A stretch of DNA of 64,000 nucleotides. Origin: a virus. Positions within the stretch are counted from its first letter, which is position 1. Each line of letters starts with the position of its first letter. Below the pieces are notes generated by a model, which saw nothing but the letters and a program-made list of their open reading frames with translations, ran no database searches and was not told the DNA's origin. Shown piece by piece: positions 18,441 to 28,339 of the stretch. The stretch is taken from the IMG/VR virus record IMGVR_UViG_3300005096_000058, positions 32,001 through 96,000 of that record; one strand, 5' to 3'. Position numbers and translations under genes: made by a program.

Positions 18441-21400
18441 GGGGCAGGCACCTTCAAGCCTTTGCAGGCCTTGTTGATGGAGGCGTTATTCTGCGTTGGG
18501 CTGGTGAAGAAGAAATCAGCGACGGGGATGTTGTTGATCTCAGTCTTCCCCGCTGACGTCAGCGTCTCAATCAATCCAGATCTGACTTGGTCGGAAGCAC
18601 ACCACACACCTGCAATGTCCTCGTGTGCGACACCATGCTCAAACAAGACTTCATGGCTACTAGAATTCAAATTGAGTGTGTCAGGTTTTGACTTAGCCGG
18701 TGCTTGCGATCCGTAACCGTCGTGGTTGTGGGCCCAATAATCAGCCCGCTTCAGAATGCGAGGTCGATAGATATAGCGCACGGTAGAACCCGTATTGTAG
18801 CCATGCACACCGCTCGCCTGAGGACCACCTTTGCGTGCGATCCTCGTGAACACGCCTGCTGCGCCACCGGTATTCACGTCGGAGCCCGCCTGTGACGAGT
18901 AGGGTGCGGTGCCGGTTGTGTACCCCTGCTTCCGAGAGGGGACGCCAGTTTCTTGGAGCAGAAAGGCTGTGGCCGCACCGGGTGAATCGGCACCCGTGTG
19001 CACAAATTGCACGTCTTTGAGATCAGCATCGGTGATTTGATCAAATTCAACGGTGTGGGCGCCGCCCGCGCCCACCTTGATGCGGGCTGTGTCGACGTAC
19101 TTGTCGAATCCAGATTTCTTGAGTTGGGAGTCGAGCCAAACTTCGTTGTCGTAGTTTTTCCGAGAAGCGCCCCAGTAACCCTTAGCCCCTAACGAGTTTC
19201 GCACAAGCTGCGATTTGATGAATAGCCGCTCAGCTTGTCCATCATGCGCGCTGGCAGCTAGCGCGGGCGCGATTCCCGCCAGCTGCAAGCCTTGTTGAAG
19301 TTCCGTTTGCACATCTTTTGACGCGGGGATACGCGCAACGAAGCGGTTCCGCATCGCCAACCCCCCATGGGCTTCAGGGGCTAGATCGCCGTTGTGCGCC
19401 ACGCCTACGTAGGACCCCCCGTCCGTGAGCCCATCAAAACCAAACCAGCCCCCCTCAATGACGTTGTCTCCTTTTTTGTGGAGCCCAGTGTCCTCGTCAT
19501 ATACGTCGTACACCGCCCCACCAGCTTCATCCGTGGTGGAGGTGTATTTGATCTTCCCTTTAGAAAGCTTGGATTTCTGCGGGTTGAAATTAAGCAGGTC
19601 GCCCGTGACCTCAAAGAAATCCTCGCCGTCTGGATTCGCAACACGGCGGACGCTGATCTGGCTGTTGATCCAGAGTCCCGCGCCGCCATGCCTAATCGTG
19701 TGACCCCAATGCCCCATCTTGATCGCATCGAGAGCACCGAGGTCAGCCTCGTTGTTGATGGCAAGCTCGCCTTGCTTCTGCGGCCCAAGAGCAAACGGGG
19801 GGGCCGACTGCGCAAAAGCAGGAGGCAGATCGGGAAGCTTGGGCGTAGTCACCGTCGTGGTTTCCACCGCGACGTCAAGGTCCGCTTTTGTCACGGTGAA
19901 CACCGTGTTGGTGGCCACCATGGGCTCGCCGTGAACAGTGATGCTCTTGTCTGCAAGATATTGTTTGGCGGCTGCTTGCGCCTCGTTGGTAATCCCGCCG
20001 AATTTGATGACAATTTTATCACTGTCCGTGTCGTGCGGCTTGATCTTTTTAGGCTTCCCGAGGCCCTCTTCCGAAAACCCAGACACGAAATCAGCGACCA
20101 CCTCATGTTTGACTGTTTTGGTGGTCACTTCCGTCTGCTCAAACGTGGTGCCCGCAGGGTAGTCAACGTTGTCTGGACCCTTGATCGTTTGCGTGCCTGG
20201 GAAGCGGTTGGCGAGTTCGTCCTTGCTCACGCCGAGCATGTCCCCAAGAGGAGAGGTTACGTCCGTCGACGGGGGCATACTTTGCCAGTTGGCCACCGCC
20301 TCTTTGAACTTCGCTGAATCCTTGCCGGCAATCAGGAAGTTACCTTCCCCATCGTCGTGCACGTGCAGCCCACCCTCGTAGCCCAGGCCAGCTAGCTTCT
20401 CCTGCAAGAAGGACAGGGTGAGGAGGTCCGAAGCCTTGTTGGATTGGGGGTGGGACTTCACCCAAGCTGCCCACGCCTTGGCCTTCTTCACTTTTTCAGA
20501 GTCAACACTTGGTTTTTTTACCGTCGGCGCGAGAGGTTTAGGTTTCTTCTTCTTTTTGACCGGGTCACCAGGCCACTGCACAGAAGCACCACCGGCCTCC
20601 TGAATCATCGAGGCCGCTTTTTTGGCGGTGAACCCCTCGCTGAGGGTGACGCCCTGTTTGTTCGTGACGCTGAACATGGGGTTCAACGCATTGGCTCCTG
20701 GACCGAGTGAGCTAAGCGTTTCCCCCCACTTGGTGTGTAGCTTCACGCCTGCCGGGAGGGCGTAAATCTTATCTATGACCGTCGTCAGTTTCAAATTGGA
20801 AGGAAGTGACTTCAGTTTCTTCTTGCCAGCGTCTGGACCCGGGGAATCGAGGTCGGCATGGTCTACATACGGAGGCTGTGCAGCCGACTCAGCCACTGTG
20901 GTTTCGGCGGCGTACAGTTTGGAGGAAACGTCGGCGTCTGTGGGTACGTCGGCCCACGCACCGCTGCTAGGCCCGGGCCCAAAGAATTCGACTTCCCAAT
21001 CGAGCGCGTGGTCAGCTAGAAACGACGCTAGGGCCTCTGTAGGGGCCGCGCTCAAACCTTGTTTCGCATAACAATACAGTGAGTCATCTTCTAAATTAAA
21101 TTCAGCCGCATATTTCTCTTGCACAGACGCGAGCGCGACGTACTCGGCTAGCGGTAGTTTGTCGACGACGACTTTGTTCTTCTGCTCCGGTGGGATGTCC
21201 TGCGGGTGAACGCCGATCGCTTCACCTGCGGTGGGCAAAGCCTTGTACGTAGCAAACGAAACGTCTTGAGGGAAAGACGCATCAACGAGTTTGAATGCCG
21301 CCTTCACCTCGGCAATTGTCAGATTATAGATACCCATGAGATCTGCGAGCGCGTAATCCAATGCGAGAGCGGACGACGACGACTCAGCCCCATGGACAAT

Positions 21401-24400
21401 CTTTCCATCCTCGTCGATCGCCACAAACTTCAGTGTCGGCGAAGCGTCTCCGTCCTCGCCGTACCCGGTCGCCGATGGGGTGATCCAGATCTTCTCACCG
21501 TGCAGCACCCCTTCGAGCCAAACACCCATCGGAGGCACCCACGACGCCCAATGCGGGGATTTCATCCCGAAAGTCTTGTTGGGCTTGCCCGGGACAGGTA
21601 ATCCAGACAGCTTGGTGGCATTGCTCCAGACAACATCTTTGTCGGGGAAATCTGGCAGCGCTTCCTTTGTCGTGACCACGGTGGGTCCGATGTCCCCTGT
21701 GATGCTCGGGGTGGCTGGCTCCGGGTCAAGGTTGGGCGGACCTCCTGCGAGGAGCAGCTCCAAGGTGGTTGGATCTTTGGCCTCGACGGGTTGGCCGCCC
21801 TTGAGGTCGACGGACCACTCAACCGACTCAGAAGAGAGCCATTCCGCCGTGTAAACCATGTCCAGCTTGGGGTTCAGCCACTTACCTTGCGGGAAGTCTT
21901 TGTGGCTTATTTTCGTGAAGGTGTCTATTCCGTCGTTGATCTCAGCGTCAACGGGGAGCGCGTCTAGCTCAGCCACCGTGAGGGGCTTGGTCCCCGACGT
22001 GTCTGGAGATCCGGGCTGGTCCTCGATACTCAGCGCATGTTCGATCATGTCGCTGACTGTGTAGCTGGCACCGCTGATGGTCTGGAAAGCTCCAGACAGC
22101 TGCTTCTTGTATTGGTAGCCCGCCACGTCCTTCAGCACCGTGCCAAAAACCAAAGCTTTAAGCTGTGCTGCGGTGGGCACCTTCGATCCCTGCCACGCGA
22201 GAGAACTCGGGGGTGGTGGCGGCTCACCGATTGAATTCACCTTCAGACCACCAAAGCCCGAAGCGGCGTCCTCAGCAACGTCCGCACTCAACTCTGTGGC
22301 AGTGAGTGCTGTAGTCATCGACCCACCCATAGGCTTCCACCCGTCAGGGTGTTTGACCCAGCCCTCACCCTCAGGGTCAGAGTTGGGGAAGGGCTTAGCG
22401 ACCGGGTCGCCATAACCCAGCACAGAGCCTATGGGGAGCTCGTCGAGCTCATCCGCGGTGGGACTCTTCCAACCATCCCAGCCAGGTTCTCCGGGTGGCT
22501 GTAGGGCTGCTTCCGCCGTGGTCGCGATGACGTTGGCGAACTCCATGAACTCGCCCGTCTTGGGCTTCACACCGAAGAACTTCCAGCCGCCTCCTGAAGC
22601 GATCTTCGTTTTGCCCGTCTTGGCTTTGTAATCGGCTTTGCCGAGATAGCCCTTCTGGACGAGCCAAACGTGATCACTGGCCGCGCTCAGGCTTTTGTGT
22701 TTGGTGACGTCGTCGCCCTTTGGGGCCTTGATCGTGACCTCAAATCCCTCCTCCAAAACTTCCAGCTGCACCTTGAGTTCCCCGAGGTGATCAAAAGGCT
22801 TGGTGAGCTCGTGCTTATGACCAATAGGGAGGGGACCACCCTTCTTCGGGTATTTCACCTCTTTGGGCGTCTGGACTTTCTTAGCTGCGGGGGTCACTTC
22901 AGCTTGAGGCGCTGGACCTGCCGGGAGCGGCTTTGGCTTTGGTTGCTTGGCGGTTTGCGTCGCCTTGGCGGCAGCAACTACCGACGGGAGAGCGAGGACG
23001 GACTTCAAACTTTGGGATGCAGGGTGCGTTGACCCGAAGACCACGGGGACACCAGTTGAGGGCACTGTGACGTTTTTGAGCAGCGGGGCACCGCCTTCGG
23101 CGGCCTGATGGACGACCCAGATGTCGAACGTTCCATCCGCGCTGAGAATTTTGATGACGCTGCCAGGCAGAGGGAGCGTTTTTGGCCAATCATGCGGGAC
23201 GGATATTGCAGCATGCTCCATCGCGAACGTCAGGGCCGCTGGGGGAATGAGCGTGGAGTCGGTGACGATCCCATCTTCAACCGCGGCCAGCATCTCGTGC
23301 AGCGTGATCTCTTTCTTCTCGGGGGCTAGGCCCAGCTCAGCCATGAGTTCGTCAGCGCTCATGCTCCCGATCGTTGGCTCCGATGTGGTGCCTGCGGCCT
23401 GGAACTCCCCTTCAAATTGCTTCAGCGCGAAAAGCTTGGTGGCCGGGTAGGCGATGCCTTTGGCTTTCTTTTCCGTCGAACCCATGTCTAGAGGCAAACC
23501 CTTGTTGAACAGCTGCGTGCTGTCCGCAGCCGCTGCGGGGGAGGGGTAGATCTTTGTGGTCCCGTTGGGGAAAAGCACTGCGATCGCAGGCTTCCCATCG
23601 ACGGAATCAAAGCCAAACTCAAAAACGTTGCCCGCCATCTTAACCGCGGCCTGGTATCCGGGGCCGGGGTATTTGGTGGGCCAGCCGGGGGGATGCTCAC
23701 CACCAGGGGCGTGCACAGTCACGTTCCCCTTGGTGACGGGCCAGCCGGGTGTCTGGACGAAGTCGACGATCTTCTCGGTCTTATCCTCGACGGGGGTGAT
23801 CGCAGGCTCATCTGCGGCTGACGGGATCGTGACTTTGTCCCCCGTCATCTCAGAGAGGAATGTCTCCCAGTTGCTGCGGAGATCTTTGAACCGCTTCTCA
23901 ATCAGCGCCCATTTTTTCTTCGGCTCAAAGTCTTCCAGACCCTGCGCGGCGTCTTCCAGATAGGGGGCCACGATGCTGTGGTACTGCTCCACGGACAGGT
24001 TCTTCTCGATACTGAGCAACACCTCCGTGACAGCTTTGATGGGGTCGCCTTTGATTTCCCCGTTTTGGAAGAGCTTCCACATTGCATTGTACGCGGGAGA
24101 ACTCGCGTTCAATTTATAGCTGGTGCTGAGCTTGTCTGCGCCGATCGCTTTGAACGCTTGGCCTTTATCAATAGCGGCGAGGTCACCACCGAGCGTCTCG
24201 ACGAAGTTGGCCCCGTGGCTATCGTGGTTGGACATCATCCAATCCAGCACTTGGTGCTGCACTAGCCGCTCAAAATGTTTTTGAAGCTTGGCTTTAGTGG
24301 TCCCGTGATCACCACTGACCTCGTTGCCGATGGTACCTTTATTGTCGACCCACGACAGGAGCACCCCTTGGTCGCCAGCGTGCTCAATCATCTCCGCGTC

Positions 24401-25117
24401 TGGATATAGACCCTCCTTGGGGAAGACGAGAGAAGCCACTCGGTTGAACGCCTCTTCAGCACGGCTCACCCAAGTTTGACCTCCGTTGGTTTTCCAGGCG
24501 TACTGGTTCCCATTTTTGTCCTCGACGATCTTACCGCCGTGGCTGCCCCCCAGGTTTCCCTTGAGTTTGAGCGTCGCAAGCAAGCTGTCTGGAAACGGAG
24601 GATCAGCGTCAGCCCCCGAGGCCCCTTTGGCCGACCACGCGGTGATCTCGTGCGGAGGGGGCACCAACGGTTCCCCAACGTGCTGCCAAAGTTCAGACGC
24701 TTTGAACTTGACCAAGCCGCCGATGCCAGCGGACTTGAGCCCGGGGAAAGAAGCCAGCAACAGCTGGGCGTCGCTGGCGCTGACGACGAAGATGCCTGCA
24801 AAACCCCCACCTTTCGATTGGATGCCCACGTCCTCTAACCACTCCCAAATTTGAGAGGCATGATCGGAGTCTTTTGGGTGGAGAGGTGGCGCGCCCTTGG
24901 TGGCCTTGGCCGCGTCTTTTTTGGCTTTGAGCTTCTTGGCGGCAGAGGACCCACCGTAGACCGGTTTGCCGTGCACCCAACCGACGATCTTGCCCCCTTT
25001 GGGGCCGATCGCCAGCACGACCATGCCGTTCGCAAACCCGAGCTTGGGCTTGGGCGTCTTAGCTTTTACGGCCTTGGAAAGGGCCGCAGGTTGGATTGCT
25101 AGCGCCGTCTGGAACAT
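18437..25117 (-). CDS. Giant multidomain (polyvalent-type) head protein: HipA/PI3K-like kinase, repeats, putative ADP-ribosyltransferase-like C-terminus
   Basis: GGSHGG...AWK...AE...DWMMSNHDSHGAN...AIDKG kinase motifs; C-terminal VHTG...GVFTR...HEVLF. Confidence 0.7.
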   Translation of the reverse strand: MFQTALAIQPAALSKAVKAKTPKPKLGFANGMVVLAIGPKGGKIVGWVHGKPVYGGSSAAKKLKAKKDAAKATKGAPPLHPKDSDHASQIWEWLEDVGIQSKGGGFAGIFVVSASDAQLLLASFPGLKSAGIGGLVKFKASELWQHVGEPLVPPPHEITAWSAKGASGADADPPFPDSLLATLKLKGNLGGSHGGKIVEDKNGNQYAWKTNGGQTWVSRAEEAFNRVASLVFPKEGLYPDAEMIEHAGDQGVLLSWVDNKGTIGNEVSGDHGTTKAKLQKHFERLVQHQVLDWMMSNHDSHGANFVETLGGDLAAIDKGQAFKAIGADKLSTSYKLNASSPAYNAMWKLFQNGEIKGDPIKAVTEVLLSIEKNLSVEQYHSIVAPYLEDAAQGLEDFEPKKKWALIEKRFKDLRSNWETFLSEMTGDKVTIPSAADEPAITPVEDKTEKIVDFVQTPGWPVTKGNVTVHAPGGEHPPGWPTKYPGPGYQAAVKMAGNVFEFGFDSVDGKPAIAVLFPNGTTKIYPSPAAAADSTQLFNKGLPLDMGSTEKKAKGIAYPATKLFALKQFEGEFQAAGTTSEPTIGSMSADELMAELGLAPEKKEITLHEMLAAVEDGIVTDSTLIPPAALTFAMEHAAISVPHDWPKTLPLPGSVIKILSADGTFDIWVVHQAAEGGAPLLKNVTVPSTGVPVVFGSTHPASQSLKSVLALPSVVAAAKATQTAKQPKPKPLPAGPAPQAEVTPAAKKVQTPKEVKYPKKGGPLPIGHKHELTKPFDHLGELKVQLEVLEEGFEVTIKAPKGDDVTKHKSLSAASDHVWLVQKGYLGKADYKAKTGKTKIASGGGWKFFGVKPKTGEFMEFANVIATTAEAALQPPGEPGWDGWKSPTADELDELPIGSVLGYGDPVAKPFPNSDPEGEGWVKHPDGWKPMGGSMTTALTATELSADVAEDAASGFGGLKVNSIGEPPPPPSSLAWQGSKVPTAAQLKALVFGTVLKDVAGYQYKKQLSGAFQTISGASYTVSDMIEHALSIEDQPGSPDTSGTKPLTVAELDALPVDAEINDGIDTFTKISHKDFPQGKWLNPKLDMVYTAEWLSSESVEWSVDLKGGQPVEAKDPTTLELLLAGGPPNLDPEPATPSITGDIGPTVVTTKEALPDFPDKDVVWSNATKLSGLPVPGKPNKTFGMKSPHWASWVPPMGVWLEGVLHGEKIWITPSATGYGEDGDASPTLKFVAIDEDGKIVHGAESSSSALALDYALADLMGIYNLTIAEVKAAFKLVDASFPQDVSFATYKALPTAGEAIGVHPQDIPPEQKNKVVVDKLPLAEYVALASVQEKYAAEFNLEDDSLYCYAKQGLSAAPTEALASFLADHALDWEVEFFGPGPSSGAWADVPTDADVSSKLYAAETTVAESAAQPPYVDHADLDSPGPDAGKKKLKSLPSNLKLTTVIDKIYALPAGVKLHTKWGETLSSLGPGANALNPMFSVTNKQGVTLSEGFTAKKAASMIQEAGGASVQWPGDPVKKKKKPKPLAPTVKKPSVDSEKVKKAKAWAAWVKSHPQSNKASDLLTLSFLQEKLAGLGYEGGLHVHDDGEGNFLIAGKDSAKFKEAVANWQSMPPSTDVTSPLGDMLGVSKDELANRFPGTQTIKGPDNVDYPAGTTFEQTEVTTKTVKHEVVADFVSGFSEEGLGKPKKIKPHDTDSDKIVIKFGGITNEAQAAAKQYLADKSITVHGEPMVATNTVFTVTKADLDVAVETTTVTTPKLPDLPPAFAQSAPPFALGPQKQGELAINNEADLGALDAIKMGHWGHTIRHGGAGLWINSQISVRRVANPDGEDFFEVTGDLLNFNPQKSKLSKGKIKYTSTTDEAGGAVYDVYDEDTGLHKKGDNVIEGGWFGFDGLTDGGSYVGVAHNGDLAPEAHGGLAMRNRFVARIPASKDVQTELQQGLQLAGIAPALAASAHDGQAERLFIKSQLVRNSLGAKGYWGASRKNYDNEVWLDSQLKKSGFDKYVDTARIKVGAGGAHTVEFDQITDADLKDVQFVHTGADSPGAATAFLLQETGVPSRKQGYTTGTAPYSSQAGSDVNTGGAAGVFTRIARKGGPQASGVHGYNTGSTVRYIYRPRILKRADYWAHNHDGYGSQAPAKSKPDTLNLNSSSHEVLFEHGVAHEDIAGVWCASDQVRSGLIETLTSAGKTEINNIPVADFFFTSPTQNNASINKACKGLKVPAP

Positions 25118-25149
25118 GCTCCCACCCTACTCGGGAAGCTGCGACCGGG

Positions 25150-25428
25150 CTACTGGACAACGTAGAGCTCAACCGCTTTTTTCTGTGGAGCGCCGAAGCT
25201 TTTAGCCAAGGCGGATTCAAGGTCGGCAGCGTCAGGGAGCGCGTGCCTGGCCGCGAGCTCGCCGTCTGCACGGATGTCGTAGAACGTCCCCGTGAGCTCG
25301 GGGCTGTTACGCTCGATCTCCAGGTTGCGCTTTCCAGACACCCAAGCCCGCGCGTACGCGCCAAGCACTTGCATACCAAAGTCCGTGAACGATCCGTCTG
25401 CGTTTTCAGTTGGTAAGGTCATAGCCAA
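25150..25428 (-). CDS. Hypothetical protein
   Basis: 92-aa ORF overlapping the MuF-like gene stop; contains LAKS site. Confidence 0.55.
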   Translation of the reverse strand: MAMTLPTENADGSFTDFGMQVLGAYARAWVSGKRNLEIERNSPELTGTFYDIRADGELAARHALPDAADLESALAKSFGAPQKKAVELYVVQ

Positions 25429-27941
25429 CTCTTTTCATCTTCCAGTTCGAGTAGGTGGGTGACGGGGCTGTCTTCACCTAAAAATTTCACAGCCACCGCT
25501 AAACGTTCCTCGTCGTCGGTAGCATTTCCCCAGGCGGACCATCCTTCCTCACCCATCTGCTCATCAGGAATGACTACAATAGGGACAGACACACCGGCCG
25601 CCTTGGCCGCAGCAACTCTATGCGAACCGGTCCAAGCGTCTGGGCGGACAGGATCGCCAGAAACCACGACGGGGGCGCCCACAAATTCACCTTGGGCGCG
25701 GAAGCGGCGCTCAATCGATTTTAATTTGTCCTGGTCGCGTACCTCGTGGAGGGGGTTGATCCGACTAGCTTGTATACTGCGCTGGCGCCTAATTGCGTGG
25801 CCTTTTAGATTCGAAAAATCAGCTGTATCTTTCGTATAGGGGATCGTGTGCTGTGGGTCGGCCCACTTGCCCCCTCGCGGTCCCAAGAACAAAGCCTTGT
25901 CTAGTAGATCGTCGCCACTCTTAGTGCCGAGGTCAATCGGTTTGCGTTCCTCGTCGTTCTCAATGATCCGCGCTGAATCATCTTCGATGGGCCAACGGGG
26001 CCTGCCCTCTTGCTGCGTCGGGTGCCACTGGCCTTCGGGCTGACGGACAGCGCCGCGGTTGGTAGGTACGTCGCGCATCTGGAAACTGATCCGCGCCACC
26101 TCACGCTTGTGCTCTTCCGCGCGGTTCTCCGTCTCGTCGGGTGTGATGATGTTCTTGGTGTTCTTGTAGGCATCGGCGATCGCGTAAATCTGCGTGTCGA
26201 CACCCGCCCCAAAAACATAGATGCTGGGGTCGCGGCGGACGATGACATCGCCATGATGTTGCGCCCCTTGGAGGTATTCGCGGACACCTGCGACGTCATG
26301 AGGGTTGTGCGGCTTGGCCGGTAGCTCGGCCTGAATGTTGACCCCGCCGCCGCTGCCTTCTTTGAGGATGAACTGCCCGCCGCCAACGGCGAAAGCTGTA
26401 CCGCTCACACCCTCGACGTAGGGGACACCCTTCCGCATGAGGGTCACCGCTCGTCTGCGGATCTTAGGCCGAATTGTGAACCGCGCGTCTGGACGGAGAG
26501 GAGGAGGCACCGGCTCCACGTAGTTGGGGTTGGGCACCACGAACTCAGGGGTGGCTTTTGACAACTTGCGCGGGTTGGCCAACGTGGTGGTGAGCTTGTC
26601 TTTGAGCTTGCCCACGCTCATCGTCGTCATGCTTCCGAAAAAACCTTCGTCATCGTAGTTGGCGAGATAGGCCGCTTTGGCCTCCCCTGCCGACGAAAAA
26701 CCAAGCATAACCTTGTCCTCGTCGTAGCCCTCAAACTTCCCCTCTAAGGTGCGCTTGCGTTGGTGCACGACGTACGCCTTCGATGCAAGGGGGTTGGGTC
26801 CGACGAAGCAATCGACGTGATCACCGTCGACACCAAGCGTGCGCCGGATGTAGCCGTAGGGCCAAAGCATCACGCTGGCCCCTGAAGTCTTGTTCTTGTG
26901 GTCCTTCCAAAAGCGCAGTCCACCCGCGCCGTTCTCGATGGCGATGTCCATGCCTTGGAATTGCAGCTCCCCGTCCAGACGGTACGCCTTCACCAGCGCG
27001 TCCATATGCTGGTCTTCTGCTCGCAGCGCTTTCTCCACGTCGTCAGCAGCACCCTCGTACTCAACACCAAACTCGCCGCCTGGCACCATCGTACCATCTT
27101 CGTCGTAGCCCCATCCTGCGGGGACGCGAACAGCCTGGCACTGGCAATTGGGATGAATTGAGCCAATGCTTGGTACCCAGTCCGCTGCTTTCTTCCCCAC
27201 GTTGGACCCGGGGGCGCCCAACTGAGACAGCTTGAAGATGATCGGGGCACCGTCGGGGCCTAAACTCAATCTGAGGCAGTGTTTGCAGGCGTCGGGCATG
27301 GCGATCAGAGAGACCCGGGCGTCCTCACCATATTGTTTGCGGAAACCGTCGGCGACGCCTTCCTGCATGACGTTGTGCTTCTCCGTGACGGCAATGCGGT
27401 CGAGGTTGCGGGTCCAGTCCTGCATGGCGTGCCCGAGCTTGCTCTTGAGCGTACCCACCGTGCTGCGGCTAGCCACATTCTCAGAGGTGCTCGTCTGGAT
27501 GTCAGCTTGAAGTTTTTTGCGCTGGGCCTGGTCAGCTTCGATCAGGAGCTTGCCCGTCTGGATGTCGATCGTGTTCCCCAGCCCCTGCACGTACTGGGCG
27601 GCATTGATCTTAGCCGTCTGGATGGCCTGCTCCTCGACGGCAGACAATGGGATGGGGTTTTTGGCGAGTTCAGCCTTGACCTTGTCGAGGTCCCAGGTAG
27701 GCATATTTGGATCTTGAAGCTTGGCCACCAGCTGGCCGTAGGTGTACGCGGTTTCAAATAGATCTTCGTGGCCCTCTAGCAGCCCCGCGCTCTTCAGATC
27801 AGCCACAACTCCAGCCGGAATAGCAGTCGGACCAAAGACGTCGACGACAAAAGCAGCGTTGTGCTTCTGGATGACCTCCTTCACCAACTGCATGAGTTCC
27901 GGGGTGAGCTTCATCCCAGGCGGCCACGCGGCGTTGGGCAC
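25419..27941 (-). CDS. Minor head (MuF/SPP1 gp7-like) protein fused to pyrophosphatase-like and ParB/Srx-like domains
   Basis: DACKHC...HPNCQC; YGYIRRT.GVDGDHVDCFVG...DEDKVMLGF; PVVV...TGSHRVAAA. Confidence 0.8.
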   Translation of the reverse strand: MPNAAWPPGMKLTPELMQLVKEVIQKHNAAFVVDVFGPTAIPAGVVADLKSAGLLEGHEDLFETAYTYGQLVAKLQDPNMPTWDLDKVKAELAKNPIPLSAVEEQAIQTAKINAAQYVQGLGNTIDIQTGKLLIEADQAQRKKLQADIQTSTSENVASRSTVGTLKSKLGHAMQDWTRNLDRIAVTEKHNVMQEGVADGFRKQYGEDARVSLIAMPDACKHCLRLSLGPDGAPIIFKLSQLGAPGSNVGKKAADWVPSIGSIHPNCQCQAVRVPAGWGYDEDGTMVPGGEFGVEYEGAADDVEKALRAEDQHMDALVKAYRLDGELQFQGMDIAIENGAGGLRFWKDHKNKTSGASVMLWPYGYIRRTLGVDGDHVDCFVGPNPLASKAYVVHQRKRTLEGKFEGYDEDKVMLGFSSAGEAKAAYLANYDDEGFFGSMTTMSVGKLKDKLTTTLANPRKLSKATPEFVVPNPNYVEPVPPPLRPDARFTIRPKIRRRAVTLMRKGVPYVEGVSGTAFAVGGGQFILKEGSGGGVNIQAELPAKPHNPHDVAGVREYLQGAQHHGDVIVRRDPSIYVFGAGVDTQIYAIADAYKNTKNIITPDETENRAEEHKREVARISFQMRDVPTNRGAVRQPEGQWHPTQQEGRPRWPIEDDSARIIENDEERKPIDLGTKSGDDLLDKALFLGPRGGKWADPQHTIPYTKDTADFSNLKGHAIRRQRSIQASRINPLHEVRDQDKLKSIERRFRAQGEFVGAPVVVSGDPVRPDAWTGSHRVAAAKAAGVSVPIVVIPDEQMGEEGWSAWGNATDDEERLAVAVKFLGEDSPVTHLLELEDEKSWL

Positions 27942-28339
27942 GTGATGGCCCGGTCGTGGTCAAGCGGGAACGCCTTGAGCACGATCTTCGGCTTACTAAA
28001 AAAGAACTCACGGATGCGCTGCTTGAGAGGTGGTCGGTACGCGGGCAGACCGGAAGCGATGCGGTGGTGCTCATCAAGGGTGTTAAACATGGGCGCCTGC
28101 TTAATGTCACGCCAGAACTCCACGTGCTCCATCTTAAAACTGACGCTGCGTAGCGTCAGCTCCAACGGCTCCGCGCGCCAGCCCACGCCTTGGGGGGGTA
28201 ACGTGAGCGCCTCAAGTACCTCACCATGTGTCAACCGCGTGACCGGCTTGTACCCGAGGTCCAGGTTAGCTGCGAGCATGGCACCAGCAATACCAATACC
28301 AAGCTTCTTAAAGAATCCGCGACGTGTATCTGACATCAT
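27911..28339 (-). CDS. Hypothetical protein with twin-arginine-like N-terminus
   Basis: SDTRRGFFKKLGIGIAGAMLAA. Confidence 0.5.
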   Translation of the reverse strand: MMSDTRRGFFKKLGIGIAGAMLAANLDLGYKPVTRLTHGEVLEALTLPPQGVGWRAEPLELTLRSVSFKMEHVEFWRDIKQAPMFNTLDEHHRIASGLPAYRPPLKQRIREFFFSKPKIVLKAFPLDHDRAITCPTPRGRLG

